Shown here piece by piece: positions 35,643 to 44,633 of a stretch of DNA of 64,000 bases (position 1 is its first letter; every line of letters begins with the position of its first letter). The stretch comes from Bacteroidales bacterium. GTDB taxonomy: Bacteria; Bacteroidota; Bacteroidia; Bacteroidales; UBA12481. The translations under genes and the position numbers were made by a program. The stretch is from the NCBI GenBank assembly GCA_028686135.1, contig JAQUCP010000013.1, positions 9,565 to 73,564 on the forward strand. Reading direction: 5' to 3'. The notes below the pieces were generated by a model. It did not search any database, was not told the DNA's origin, and was given only the letters and a program-made list of their open reading frames with translations.

Positions 35643-36881
35643 ATGAGTGAATTGAAAAATTTGTTGATATTGGCGGAAGCCATTGTCAGAGGCGAAAACG
35701 GCAAACCTTACTATGAACGATATCGGTCGGAGGTGGAGCGTGTAACTCCAGAGCAGGTGATCAGCCTGGTGGATGAGCTGATGAAGAAAGGCTACCCGGT
35801 AGAGCAAATGCAGGAGGGTGTAAACAAATTCCTTAACCTCTTCCATAAAGCACTCGATTCACATCCGGTACCCCAGCCGGAATCAGGCAGTTTCCTCGAC
35901 TTTCTGATGCAGTCAAATCAGGAGATGGCTCAACGCCTGGATAGGCTGAAACCTTTGATCCGACTGATAAACGGGAAATTACCCGACCAAGATCCGGACT
36001 TACCCGAGACAATAAACAATATGCGGGAAATCCTCGAAGACCTGAAAACGTTCGAGCGTCACTACCTGATCAAGGAAAACATCTTGTTCCCGGCGATCGA
36101 AAAACATTGGCCCGATTACCGCTGCGTCCAGCTCATGTGGGCTTTCCATGATGATATCCGAAAAAATATCCGGGAAGCCATCGAGACCCTTCAGGAGGAA
36201 AAAATCAATCTGCCATCCCTGAACTATTTGTTCGGCAGCATCTTCTTTAATATGCTCGCCATCCGATTTCGGGAAGAAAGAATCCTCTTCCCAGTCATGC
36301 TGAAAACCATGCCCGACTCCTTGATGAGCCAACTACTGGAGGAAGCCGGGGAGATCGGATTTGCCTATTCTAAACGACTGGATATGAATACTGTAAACGA
36401 CAATCCCAAAAACCCGAAAAGTCATAAAGAGGATGATTCAGACATCAGCCAGAAGGAAGCAGGCACTTTCCATCTGCCCACGGGTAGCTTCTCAGAGGAA
36501 GAGATACTGGTCATTCTGAACACCTTACCCGTTGACTTAACCTTTGTGGATCGAAACGATAAAGTCAAGTATTTTTCGCAAGGGCCGCACCGGATATTTA
36601 CTCGTAGCCGATCGATCATTGGCAGGGATGTCAGGCTGTGCCATCCGCCCGCGAGTGTGGACATCGTGGAAAGAATTCTGGAAGATTTCAAGAGTGGCCG
36701 CACCAGCCATGCTCCTTTTTGGATTCAGATGAATGGACGGTTTATCTACATCGAATACTATGCTCTCCGTAACGAACAGGGAGAATATCTCGGCACCTTG
36801 GAAGTATCGCAGGACCTGACGGAGTACCGGAAGCTGGAAGGTGAGCAGCGGTTGCTTTCTTATCAGGAAAAACAGGGGTAA
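35643..36881 (+). CDS. DUF438 / hemerythrin-like / PAS three-domain protein
   Basis: The N-terminus VTPEQVISLVDELMKKGYPVEQM... is DUF438-like. The central part HYLIKENILFPAIEKHW...WAFHDDIRKNI is an HHE hemerythrin-like cation-binding region. The C-terminus LPVDLTFVDRNDKVKYFSQG...GTLEVSQDLTE is a PAS domain. The ATG at 35643 is preferred over the TTG at 35628. Confidence 0.75.
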   Translation: MSELKNLLILAEAIVRGENGKPYYERYRSEVERVTPEQVISLVDELMKKGYPVEQMQEGVNKFLNLFHKALDSHPVPQPESGSFLDFLMQSNQEMAQRLDRLKPLIRLINGKLPDQDPDLPETINNMREILEDLKTFERHYLIKENILFPAIEKHWPDYRCVQLMWAFHDDIRKNIREAIETLQEEKINLPSLNYLFGSIFFNMLAIRFREERILFPVMLKTMPDSLMSQLLEEAGEIGFAYSKRLDMNTVNDNPKNPKSHKEDDSDISQKEAGTFHLPTGSFSEEEILVILNTLPVDLTFVDRNDKVKYFSQGPHRIFTRSRSIIGRDVRLCHPPASVDIVERILEDFKSGRTSHAPFWIQMNGRFIYIEYYALRNEQGEYLGTLEVSQDLTEYRKLEGEQRLLSYQEKQG

Positions 36882-36895
36882 TTAAAGCAAAGCGA

Positions 36896-38011
36896 CTACG
36901 TCAGGGCGATATCCAGGAAAATTTTGGAGCAATCGATCTTTTCTTTCTCGATCAAATCAGGTTCAGCCATGCCAGCGAGAATGTGTGAATCCAAAGGCTG
37001 ATAGAAGAACCCTCTGGTCGCTTCCATCAATGGGTCGCCTTCATAACTGCCAATCTGTACCAAGTTGTATCCCTTCCGGCGGGCCAAAGAGTAAATGTGT
37101 ATCAGCAAAGCTCTCAGAATCTGAGGATTGCGACCCTCTACACCGTAATCATTGATGACTAATTCACGAAAATAATCGCCAGGTTTCGGGAGTGATGGCA
37201 ATCGGAATACCGGGGTGAGCATTCGGTAGAAAAACCTAACCCAGGCAAAGCGGCCATGATAAGCCATTACCCTGAGTTTTCTGATCCGGCGAAGATCCCA
37301 GGCTGAGCATACCCCAACAATGCGGTCATCACGTTCGGCCAGATAATAATCTTCGATGGTAAACCCAGGGCGAGCTTCGATGGTCTTGAGGAGCTCTTCC
37401 GGAGTCATTACCGGCCCAAAAAGACGATTCCGATACTCCCCGTCCAGCAGCCTGACAATTTCGGGTACATCCTGGAGCGTGGCCCGGCGTATGGTGTAAC
37501 CTTTTATGGGTTTTTTTGGCAGCAAAACCAGAATATTGAATATCCTGTTTATTCCAATAGAAGCTGAGAAAGGGATAAAAGGAAACTTACTGATCCGTCT
37601 TCCGATCATTGGCTCGGTGTTCTTGTTTCCCCTCAGGGTGGTAGCAAATCCGAATTTCAGGTCTTGGAGGGTCTCTTTAAAAAGAGGTTCCGAAACCCGG
37701 TAATACCATCCCCTTTTACGGGCCTCTTTGCGGATGTACAGATTAGACAGATAGCCAATCTGCCGTGGTATGCCATTAACATACAATATTTTATGGCCTA
37801 TCATCACAAATCCCACGAGACGCTCTTCCTGGAAAAAGCCATAGCATTTATACGAATCAAAAAACCGTTTGGGCACAGCAAATAGGTCAGGCGACCGATC
37901 GAGACACAGCGTTAACCCGTCAGATTCCATCGGCGAATCCAGCAGAATATCGAGCATCTCATCGTTCTCAGAATCCCCAATCGCCCTCCAGGAGAGCGAA
38001 GAGGTCCGCAT
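36896..38011 (-). CDS. Hypothetical two-domain GNAT-like acyltransferase (paralogue B)
   Basis: Both halves look like GNAT domains: IRKEARKRGWYY and IRRATLQDVPEIVRLL...SLARRKGYNLVQIG. It is homologous to 17805-18923. With the ATG at 38011 the length is 371 aa against 372 aa for the paralogue. The track start at 38119 adds 36 residues that have no counterpart. Confidence 0.55.
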   Translation of the reverse strand: MRTSSLSWRAIGDSENDEMLDILLDSPMESDGLTLCLDRSPDLFAVPKRFFDSYKCYGFFQEERLVGFVMIGHKILYVNGIPRQIGYLSNLYIRKEARKRGWYYRVSEPLFKETLQDLKFGFATTLRGNKNTEPMIGRRISKFPFIPFSASIGINRIFNILVLLPKKPIKGYTIRRATLQDVPEIVRLLDGEYRNRLFGPVMTPEELLKTIEARPGFTIEDYYLAERDDRIVGVCSAWDLRRIRKLRVMAYHGRFAWVRFFYRMLTPVFRLPSLPKPGDYFRELVINDYGVEGRNPQILRALLIHIYSLARRKGYNLVQIGSYEGDPLMEATRGFFYQPLDSHILAGMAEPDLIEKEKIDCSKIFLDIALT

Positions 38012-38188
38012 TTTTGGTTTATCGGCAAGTTTTGGTTCAGGCTCAGGAAATAGGTTCAGAGCTAGTTGCATCCTCATCAAAATGATCAACGAAAGATAGC
38101 AAAACAAATGATCCAGCATTTCGATGGAATGGGGTGGCTCCCGAAATCCGGGAATAATTTCTAAATTGGTGACCTCGTAAAACGCACC

Positions 38189-39667
38189 ATGAGCAGATCA
38201 AACCTGGAACGATACTTCAATCGATTTCGCAGAAAAACAGTAGGTTACAACAAGTGTTACCGATCACCTTACGGCTGGAAAAAGATGATTTATGCCGACT
38301 GGATTGCCAGTGGTCGGCTGTACGGACCAATTGAACGGCGGATGAGTCAAATCATTGGTCCTTGGGTAGCCAACACGCATACCGAAACCAGTGAGTCGGG
38401 TACACTAATGACCAAAGCCTATCACTACTCACACCAGTTGATCAAGAAGCATGTAAATGCCGGGCCGAATGATGTGATTTTGACAGCTGGTTCAGGCATG
38501 ACAACCATGGTGAACAAGCTCCAGCGCATTCTTGGGCTCCGCACTTGCGGGAGGCTTTCCGGAAGCGAATGTCTAAACTGTTCCGAAAAACCAGTTGTTT
38601 TTCTGACACACATGGAGCATCACTCCAACCATATGTCGTGGAACGAATCCAATGTGGATGTCGTACTGCTCGATCCGGATCCCGACCTGCTCATTTCTCT
38701 TGATGAGCTGGAAAACAAATTAAAAAAATACCAGGATCGCAAGCTGAAGATTGGTGCGTTTACAGCCTGCTCCAATGTCACAGGGATTGAGACTCCCTAC
38801 CACCAGATGGCTAAGCTGATGCATGAACACGGTGGGATCTGTTTCATCGATTTTGCTGCCTCAGCCCCGTATGTTAAGATTGATATGCATCCCGCTGATC
38901 CTATGGAGAAGTTGGATGGGATCTACTTTTCACCGCATAAATTCCTCGGTGGTCCGGGATCCTCGGGTGTGCTGATCTTTGATGCATCGCTTTACACGCG
39001 CCAGACCCCTGACAACCCTGGTGGGGGCACCGTTGACTGGACGAATCCATGGGGCGAGTATAAGTATATCGATGACATTGAGTTACGCGAAGATGGCGGC
39101 ACGCCAGGATTTTTACAGGCTATGCGCGCTGCTCTGGCTGTCAGGCTTAAAGAGCAAATGGGTGTAGAAAAAATGCGCGCCCGGGAGGATGAATTGCTTG
39201 AGTTGGCGTTTAGCGAAATGAACAAGATTCCAGGCCTTCATATCTTGGCTGATCAAGTTAAACATCGCCTGGGAGTCATCTCGTTTTATATCGATGGGAT
39301 CCATTTCAACCTGGTAGTCAAACTGTTATCCGACCGTTACGGTGTCCAGGTTCGTGGTGGCTGTGCTTGCGCCGGCACGTACGGACACTTCCTGCTCAAT
39401 GTCAGTCATGATGACTCCCGTCGGATTACCGACCTCATCAACCATGGAGATCTCTCGCTAAAGCCAGGTTGGGTAAGGCTCTCCCTACATCCAACCATGA
39501 CAACTGCAGAGCTTCGCACCGTGATCAAAGCTTTGAGGGAGATTCAGGCTAATCATCAAGTCTGGGGACAAGATTATGAGTACAACAACCACAACAACGA
39601 ATTTCGGCACAAGCACCAACTGGCCGACCGGATGGAAGTGGTTTTACCTTGGTTTGATGCTATCTGA
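38189..39667 (+). CDS. Aminotransferase class V-fold PLP-dependent enzyme (cysteine desulfurase/selenocysteine lyase-like, function unknown)
   Basis: The 492-aa protein has ...ILTAGSGMTT..., FSPHKFLGGPGSSGVL (PLP-Lys context) and a C-terminal RGGCACAG. Confidence 0.7.
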   Translation: MSRSNLERYFNRFRRKTVGYNKCYRSPYGWKKMIYADWIASGRLYGPIERRMSQIIGPWVANTHTETSESGTLMTKAYHYSHQLIKKHVNAGPNDVILTAGSGMTTMVNKLQRILGLRTCGRLSGSECLNCSEKPVVFLTHMEHHSNHMSWNESNVDVVLLDPDPDLLISLDELENKLKKYQDRKLKIGAFTACSNVTGIETPYHQMAKLMHEHGGICFIDFAASAPYVKIDMHPADPMEKLDGIYFSPHKFLGGPGSSGVLIFDASLYTRQTPDNPGGGTVDWTNPWGEYKYIDDIELREDGGTPGFLQAMRAALAVRLKEQMGVEKMRAREDELLELAFSEMNKIPGLHILADQVKHRLGVISFYIDGIHFNLVVKLLSDRYGVQVRGGCACAGTYGHFLLNVSHDDSRRITDLINHGDLSLKPGWVRLSLHPTMTTAELRTVIKALREIQANHQVWGQDYEYNNHNNEFRHKHQLADRMEVVLPWFDAI

Positions 39668-40982
39668 ACACCTGTCTTAGGAGTACGCCAAACCGCGGGC
39701 GACGGCCATGGATGATGATATTGGCACGGAACAGGCGCCCCCCGATCCAGACCGACAGAATCGTGAATAACACCACTCCCACCAAACCAACCACCAACTG
39801 CCAGACCGGAATAGTCACCTGGGTAGCCTGACGAATTAACATCAACATCGGGGTAAAGGGAGGGAATAGAGAAGCCCAGGTAGCCAGCCCGCCCAGAGGG
39901 TTCTGAATCACCGGCATCACCATAAACATCGGCAAAATCAAAGGTAACATCGCCGGAAACTGAATGGCCTGAGCATCTTTTGAATCGTTGCATATCGCTC
40001 CAAGCCCGGCAAAAGCACTGCCAACCATGATAATGTGCAAGAGCATATAAATAAAAAACCATGGCAGAATCGAATAAGGAATGAGATCAGCCATCTCAAA
40101 TCGGTTCATCATCAAGATCCCCCCAAGAATATAAATAATGGTGGTAGTCAACGATACAGCTAGGCCACCTAACACCTTGCCCATCATAAACTGCGTAGGT
40201 GATACCGACCCCAGTAAAACCTCAGCGATTCGCTCACTCTTCTCTTCCATCACAGCATTAAGCAGTGTTGCAGCTGACATCATGATACTGATAAACATCA
40301 GAAACAAAAGCACATAAGGAACTACAATAGCCTCGAACTCATTCGATTTCCGGGCATCTTTGATCCCTCCGGTACGACTGTCCACACGGCTTAAACCCAT
40401 CCGTTCCAAGTTGATGGTGCTAAAAAGGTCACTCACAACCGTGGCATCTAAGCCAAGCTCCTCAACCCGGATCTGGCGCAGTCTATCATTCAAAACATAC
40501 CCAATCCAACTTCTGGCTTCATCCATCAGCGATTGTTCCGAGTAATAAGCCGCTCTCGAAGCCTCATGCCCCGGAACGGGATGCAGAATATCCGGTCCAA
40601 CCGTCAAAAATGAGGTAATCTCTTTCGACCTGACCCGGTCTGATAACTCCAATTTCTGGCGCTCCGGATCCGCCTCATTCAGCTCGATCAACTCAATGTA
40701 ATAGGCAGGAGCTTTCTTTTCACCGGTGGCGGAATCCAAGACAAAATTTTGGTTGCGCATTTCAGCGCTCTCCACCAAATGCTGCCCCACCAGCCCCGAT
40801 TGGTCTATCACTGCAATCCGCTTATCCGTGAGATCCACTTTATCCTGGGTGAGAGCCATCACGATAAATCCTCCACCCATGAAAATAGGAAGCAGCAACA
40901 TTGTGATAATGAACCCTTTGGTTCGAACAGCTGCGATATATTCGCGCTTAGCGATGACAAGTGTCTTATTCATTTTGGTCAT
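39660..40982 (-). CDS. ABC-2 type transporter permease (NatB-like)
   Basis: The 440-aa protein has one N-terminal TM segment, a large extracytoplasmic loop and a C-terminal five-TM bundle. It is coupled to the upstream ATPase gene. An alternative ATG lies at 40973. Confidence 0.75.
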   Translation of the reverse strand: MTKMNKTLVIAKREYIAAVRTKGFIITMLLLPIFMGGGFIVMALTQDKVDLTDKRIAVIDQSGLVGQHLVESAEMRNQNFVLDSATGEKKAPAYYIELIELNEADPERQKLELSDRVRSKEITSFLTVGPDILHPVPGHEASRAAYYSEQSLMDEARSWIGYVLNDRLRQIRVEELGLDATVVSDLFSTINLERMGLSRVDSRTGGIKDARKSNEFEAIVVPYVLLFLMFISIMMSAATLLNAVMEEKSERIAEVLLGSVSPTQFMMGKVLGGLAVSLTTTIIYILGGILMMNRFEMADLIPYSILPWFFIYMLLHIIMVGSAFAGLGAICNDSKDAQAIQFPAMLPLILPMFMVMPVIQNPLGGLATWASLFPPFTPMLMLIRQATQVTIPVWQLVVGLVGVVLFTILSVWIGGRLFRANIIIHGRRPRFGVLLRQVFR

Positions 40983-41883
40983 TTCTTTGCGGTTTGGCTA
41001 TACGGATAAAGATATCCTCGAGCGATGGCGAAGCCATCTCAAAGCGTGTCAATCGGTTACGTGTGATCAGCCCTGCAAGCACCTGTTGTGGATCGGTACC
41101 CGGTTTGAGCCTCACCTCCTGCAGGCGGCCAAAATCATGAACCCGGTCGATTCCGTCAATTCCACTGAAATCAACCGCTCCCTCCGCCACTGATACCCGC
41201 AGAGTGTCTTGTCCGAACTGCTCTTGAATCGACTGAAGAGTACCGTCGAGCACCTTCTTTCCGCGGTATATCATAAAGATAAAATCGCACATCTTTTCCG
41301 CTACAGTCATGTCGTGGGTGCTAAAGATCACGGTGGACCCGGTCTTGCGCAAATCCAGGATCACCTCCCGGATCAGCTCTGCATTTACCGGATCAAGCCC
41401 GCTAAAGGGCTCATCCAGAATAACCAGCTCAGGCTTGTCAATAATGGTGACAATAAACTGAACCTTCTGGCTCATTCCCTTGCTCAGCGTTTCGAGCTTC
41501 TTTTTAGCCCATGGAGCCAGGTCAAAGCGCTCCAGCCAATAATCAGCCTCCTTCCCGGTATTGGATACCCCCTTCAACTCCGCGTGAAACTGAATCAGCT
41601 CTCGAAGCCTCATTTTACGGTATAGACCGCGCTCCTCGGGCAGATACCCGATCCGCGCAATCTGACTGCCCGACTGCTCTCTACCAAAAATCCGGATGGA
41701 GCCCCGATCTGGATATAAAATATTCATGATCATTCTGATCGTGGTGGTTTTTCCCGATCCATTCGGTCCGATAAAACCATAAATGCTCCGCTCAGGAACT
41801 TTCAAGGCCAGGTCATCCACCGCAACATGATGATCAAAGGTTTTCGTAACCCCCTGAATTTCAATAATATCACTCATAAGCAT
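40966..41883 (-). CDS. ABC transporter ATP-binding protein (NatA-like)
   Basis: It has Walker A GPNGSGKTT, the signature LSKGMSQKV and Walker B LVILDEPFSGLD. Confidence 0.9.
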   Translation of the reverse strand: MLMSDIIEIQGVTKTFDHHVAVDDLALKVPERSIYGFIGPNGSGKTTTIRMIMNILYPDRGSIRIFGREQSGSQIARIGYLPEERGLYRKMRLRELIQFHAELKGVSNTGKEADYWLERFDLAPWAKKKLETLSKGMSQKVQFIVTIIDKPELVILDEPFSGLDPVNAELIREVILDLRKTGSTVIFSTHDMTVAEKMCDFIFMIYRGKKVLDGTLQSIQEQFGQDTLRVSVAEGAVDFSGIDGIDRVHDFGRLQEVRLKPGTDPQQVLAGLITRNRLTRFEMASPSLEDIFIRIAKPQRNDQNE

Positions 41884-41957
41884 ATCTAAAGATCGTACAG
41901 ACTATCTATTCTCTGCAATTAGATTGCCTGTTAAGATGATTGTTACAAATCGGAATT

Positions 41958-43325
41958 CTATTCCAGAATCAGTTCGATAACCGGGATTTCGACCGCAGGT
42001 TTAACCACGGGTAGTTTCAGGTTCAAATCCTCCTTTTTCACATCAACCTTGATCCAATAACCCTGGGGTGCAGTGATGGCAATTTCGGATCCGTCGTGCA
42101 GGAACTGGGCATATTTGACTTTACCCTTGTAACCTGGCAGGTTGAAATTCTGCAGGGGGTATTCGATCAGGTGAATATACAATCGGTTCGTTTGAGGATT
42201 ATAGGTTAGCAGGCAGTGTTCAGGCACCTGAAACTCTTCGGGGGCCTGAGTGCAACCATAGATCGATCGGCTGTTAAACTTCATCCATTCACCCATGGAG
42301 TTAAGGGCTTCAACTGCACGATAATCAAAAACTCCACGCGCTGTAGGTCCGACGTTCAGCAGGAGGTTTCCACCCTTACTGACCGATTCGATCAGAAGGC
42401 CAAGCAGTTGACGGGAGTCTTTCCAGGTCATCTCATCCCGGTGATAACCCCAGGAGCCACTAAAAGTCTGGCAGGTTTCCCATGGGATTCTCTTGCCATC
42501 CAAGGTTGGCCACTCGGGCACTTTAAACTGCTCGGGAGTAGTAAAATCCCAGCCATCAACATAATCTTTCAAGTCGAGCCGATCGTTGACGAGGATGCCG
42601 GGCTGCAGCTCCCTGACCATTTTCAGCAGCTCGACTGATCCCCAATCCTCGTGTCCTTTGCCATGCTTTCCTGGGAAGGAATAATCGAGCCAGATGATAT
42701 CAATCTTTCCGTAATTGGTTAACACTTCACGCACCTGATTATGAAGATATTCGCGATAGCGGTCCCAATTCTTCCCTTGATTGAGCTTAGCGTACTCCTC
42801 ATCAGAAGTAGTACGTTGCGGATGAACGCGATCCACCGTATAATCCGGGTGATGCCAATCGATCAGAGAGAAATAGAACCCCACCTTCAGTCCTTCGGCA
42901 CGGAAAGCCTCCACAAACTCCCCCACTAGATCACGTCCGATGGGAGTATTCGTAGCCTTATAATCAGTGTACTTTGAATCGAACAAACAAAACCCTTCGT
43001 GATGTTTAGCGGTCAACACCACGTACTTCATTCCGGCCATGCGGGCCATCCGGGCCCATTCGGCGGGATTATAGAGATCGGGATTGAAGAGTTCAAAATA
43101 CTTCTGATAAGCTTCATTATCCATTCGCTCATGGTTCTTCACCCATTCGTGGCGTGCTGGGAGAGCATATAATCCCCAGTGGATGAACATCCCGAAGCGG
43201 TCATGAGTCCACCAGGCCATTCGTTCGGCCTTTTGCTGTTCGGTTTCGTTCCCAAGTTTCTTCTGTGGAAATGCGGCAACCCCTGCAAAAAACAGGATCA
43301 GCAGGAGGGATAGTACTTTTTTCAT
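41958..43325 (-). CDS. Glycoside hydrolase family 29 alpha-L-fucosidase, secreted
   Basis: It has a signal peptide, then WWTHDRFGMFIHWGLYALPA and ...YVVLTAKHHEGFCLFDS..., both GH29 hallmarks. Confidence 0.88.
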   Translation of the reverse strand: MKKVLSLLLILFFAGVAAFPQKKLGNETEQQKAERMAWWTHDRFGMFIHWGLYALPARHEWVKNHERMDNEAYQKYFELFNPDLYNPAEWARMARMAGMKYVVLTAKHHEGFCLFDSKYTDYKATNTPIGRDLVGEFVEAFRAEGLKVGFYFSLIDWHHPDYTVDRVHPQRTTSDEEYAKLNQGKNWDRYREYLHNQVREVLTNYGKIDIIWLDYSFPGKHGKGHEDWGSVELLKMVRELQPGILVNDRLDLKDYVDGWDFTTPEQFKVPEWPTLDGKRIPWETCQTFSGSWGYHRDEMTWKDSRQLLGLLIESVSKGGNLLLNVGPTARGVFDYRAVEALNSMGEWMKFNSRSIYGCTQAPEEFQVPEHCLLTYNPQTNRLYIHLIEYPLQNFNLPGYKGKVKYAQFLHDGSEIAITAPQGYWIKVDVKKEDLNLKLPVVKPAVEIPVIELILE

Positions 43326-43357
43326 GATATTGGATTTGGTTTACTGTTAGCGATCTG

Positions 43358-44143
43358 TTAGTGTGTTTCAGTAGGGGTGCTTTCTCCGGATAGGGTTAAT
43401 CGGGTTACCGGCGCAAGGTTTGGATTACGTTCCAAGTGGAAAAAGTAGTTTTCACATGTTAACGCATTGTAAACGAATATCTTACCACTCAGAATATTTC
43501 CAATTCCCAGGATCAGCTTAACTACCTCAGTAGCTTGAATCGTCCCGATCAGACCGGCAATGGTTCCGAAGATCCCGCCCTCAGAAGTGGAGGGGCTCTC
43601 TCCTGCAGAGGGAGGTTCGGGGAGAAGGCAGCGGAGTGTAGGTCCGCCCTGGTAATTTAAAACCGTAACTTGTCCTTCGAACTGATAAACAGCCCCATAC
43701 ACCACCGGTTTATTCATCAGAACGGCGGCATCATTGATCAGAAATCGCACGGGAAAGTTATCGGTACAGTCCACCACAATCTGATAATTTTCCATGATGG
43801 AGCAGACATTTTCGGGAGTGAGTTTTCCTGGCCACACGCGGATTTGGGCCTCCTGATTCATTTCCCGGAGCCTTGCAGCAGCTCTTTCTGCCTTTGGCAA
43901 CCCAACCTCATCAGCGGCATAGAGCACCTGACGATTTAGATTGGACGCATCGATCCGGTCAAAATCAACAATCCCGATATGCCCTATTCCAGCTGCTGTC
44001 AGATACTGTAAGACCGGACTTCCGAGGCCTCCGGCTCCGATGACCAGTACGCGGGCTACTTTAAGCTGTTCCTGTCCTTTGATGCCAATTTCCGGGATGA
44101 GTATTTGCCGGCTATAGCGCTTTTGTTCGGAGGGGGTTAGCAT
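43358..44143 (-). CDS. HesA/MoeB/ThiF-family adenylyltransferase (E1-like)
   Basis: The protein has RYSRQILIPEIGIKGQEQL, the nucleotide-binding loop VLVIGAGGLGSPV, and DFDRIDASNLNRQ. Confidence 0.85.
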   Translation of the reverse strand: MLTPSEQKRYSRQILIPEIGIKGQEQLKVARVLVIGAGGLGSPVLQYLTAAGIGHIGIVDFDRIDASNLNRQVLYAADEVGLPKAERAAARLREMNQEAQIRVWPGKLTPENVCSIMENYQIVVDCTDNFPVRFLINDAAVLMNKPVVYGAVYQFEGQVTVLNYQGGPTLRCLLPEPPSAGESPSTSEGGIFGTIAGLIGTIQATEVVKLILGIGNILSGKIFVYNALTCENYFFHLERNPNLAPVTRLTLSGESTPTETH

Positions 44144-44179
44144 GGTTAAGTCGTTGAAAGTGTAAATGTAACGAAAAAG

Positions 44180-44569
44180 TCAATCGGTTTTTTCATCCGA
44201 CCCGCCGGTTGTTGGCAGCACCCAACCCATCACAATAGTACCAATCAGCCCAATCACCAGGATGATGATACGTGGCACCCAAGTTTTGATTAAAAGGGTG
44301 ACAGAGAGCAGAATCATGACCCACATCAACAGGAGTGAGCGCATCTTCACTTTTCTCGACAATCCTTTCGTCTCCTGCCACTCTTGAATGTATCGTCCCA
44401 GACGCGGATGATTTATCAGCCTTTGATACAGACGGTCAGACCCACGGAGATAGCATCCGGCAGCGAGCAAGAGGAAAGGGGTCGTTGGGAGCCCCGGCAC
44501 AAAAATCCCTAACACTCCCAAGCCTAAAAACAGGGAGCCAGCAATAATCCATAGGGGTTTTCTCACCAT
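44180..44569 (-). CDS. DUF454 (YbaN-like) small inner-membrane protein
   Basis: The 129-aa protein has LGVLGIFVPGLPTTPFLLLAAGCYLRGS and ...ETKGLSRKVKM.., a typical YbaN-family layout. Confidence 0.7.
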   Translation of the reverse strand: MVRKPLWIIAGSLFLGLGVLGIFVPGLPTTPFLLLAAGCYLRGSDRLYQRLINHPRLGRYIQEWQETKGLSRKVKMRSLLLMWVMILLSVTLLIKTWVPRIIILVIGLIGTIVMGWVLPTTGGSDEKTD

Positions 44570-44581
44570 GAGTGTAAAAGT

Positions 44582-44616
44582 AAAAAAAACGGCCGGTTCA
44601 ATTCTGACCGGCCGTT
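44582..44616 (-). terminator. Rho-independent terminator of the regulator-catalase-peroxiredoxin operon
   Basis: Read on the minus strand, the sequence is AACGGCCGGT-cagaattga-ACCGGCCGTT followed by TTTTTTTT. That is a 10-bp GC-rich stem plus a U-tract, 18 nt after the peroxiredoxin stop codon. Confidence 0.8.
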
Positions 44617-44633
44617 CCTCTTAATCCTGACTC

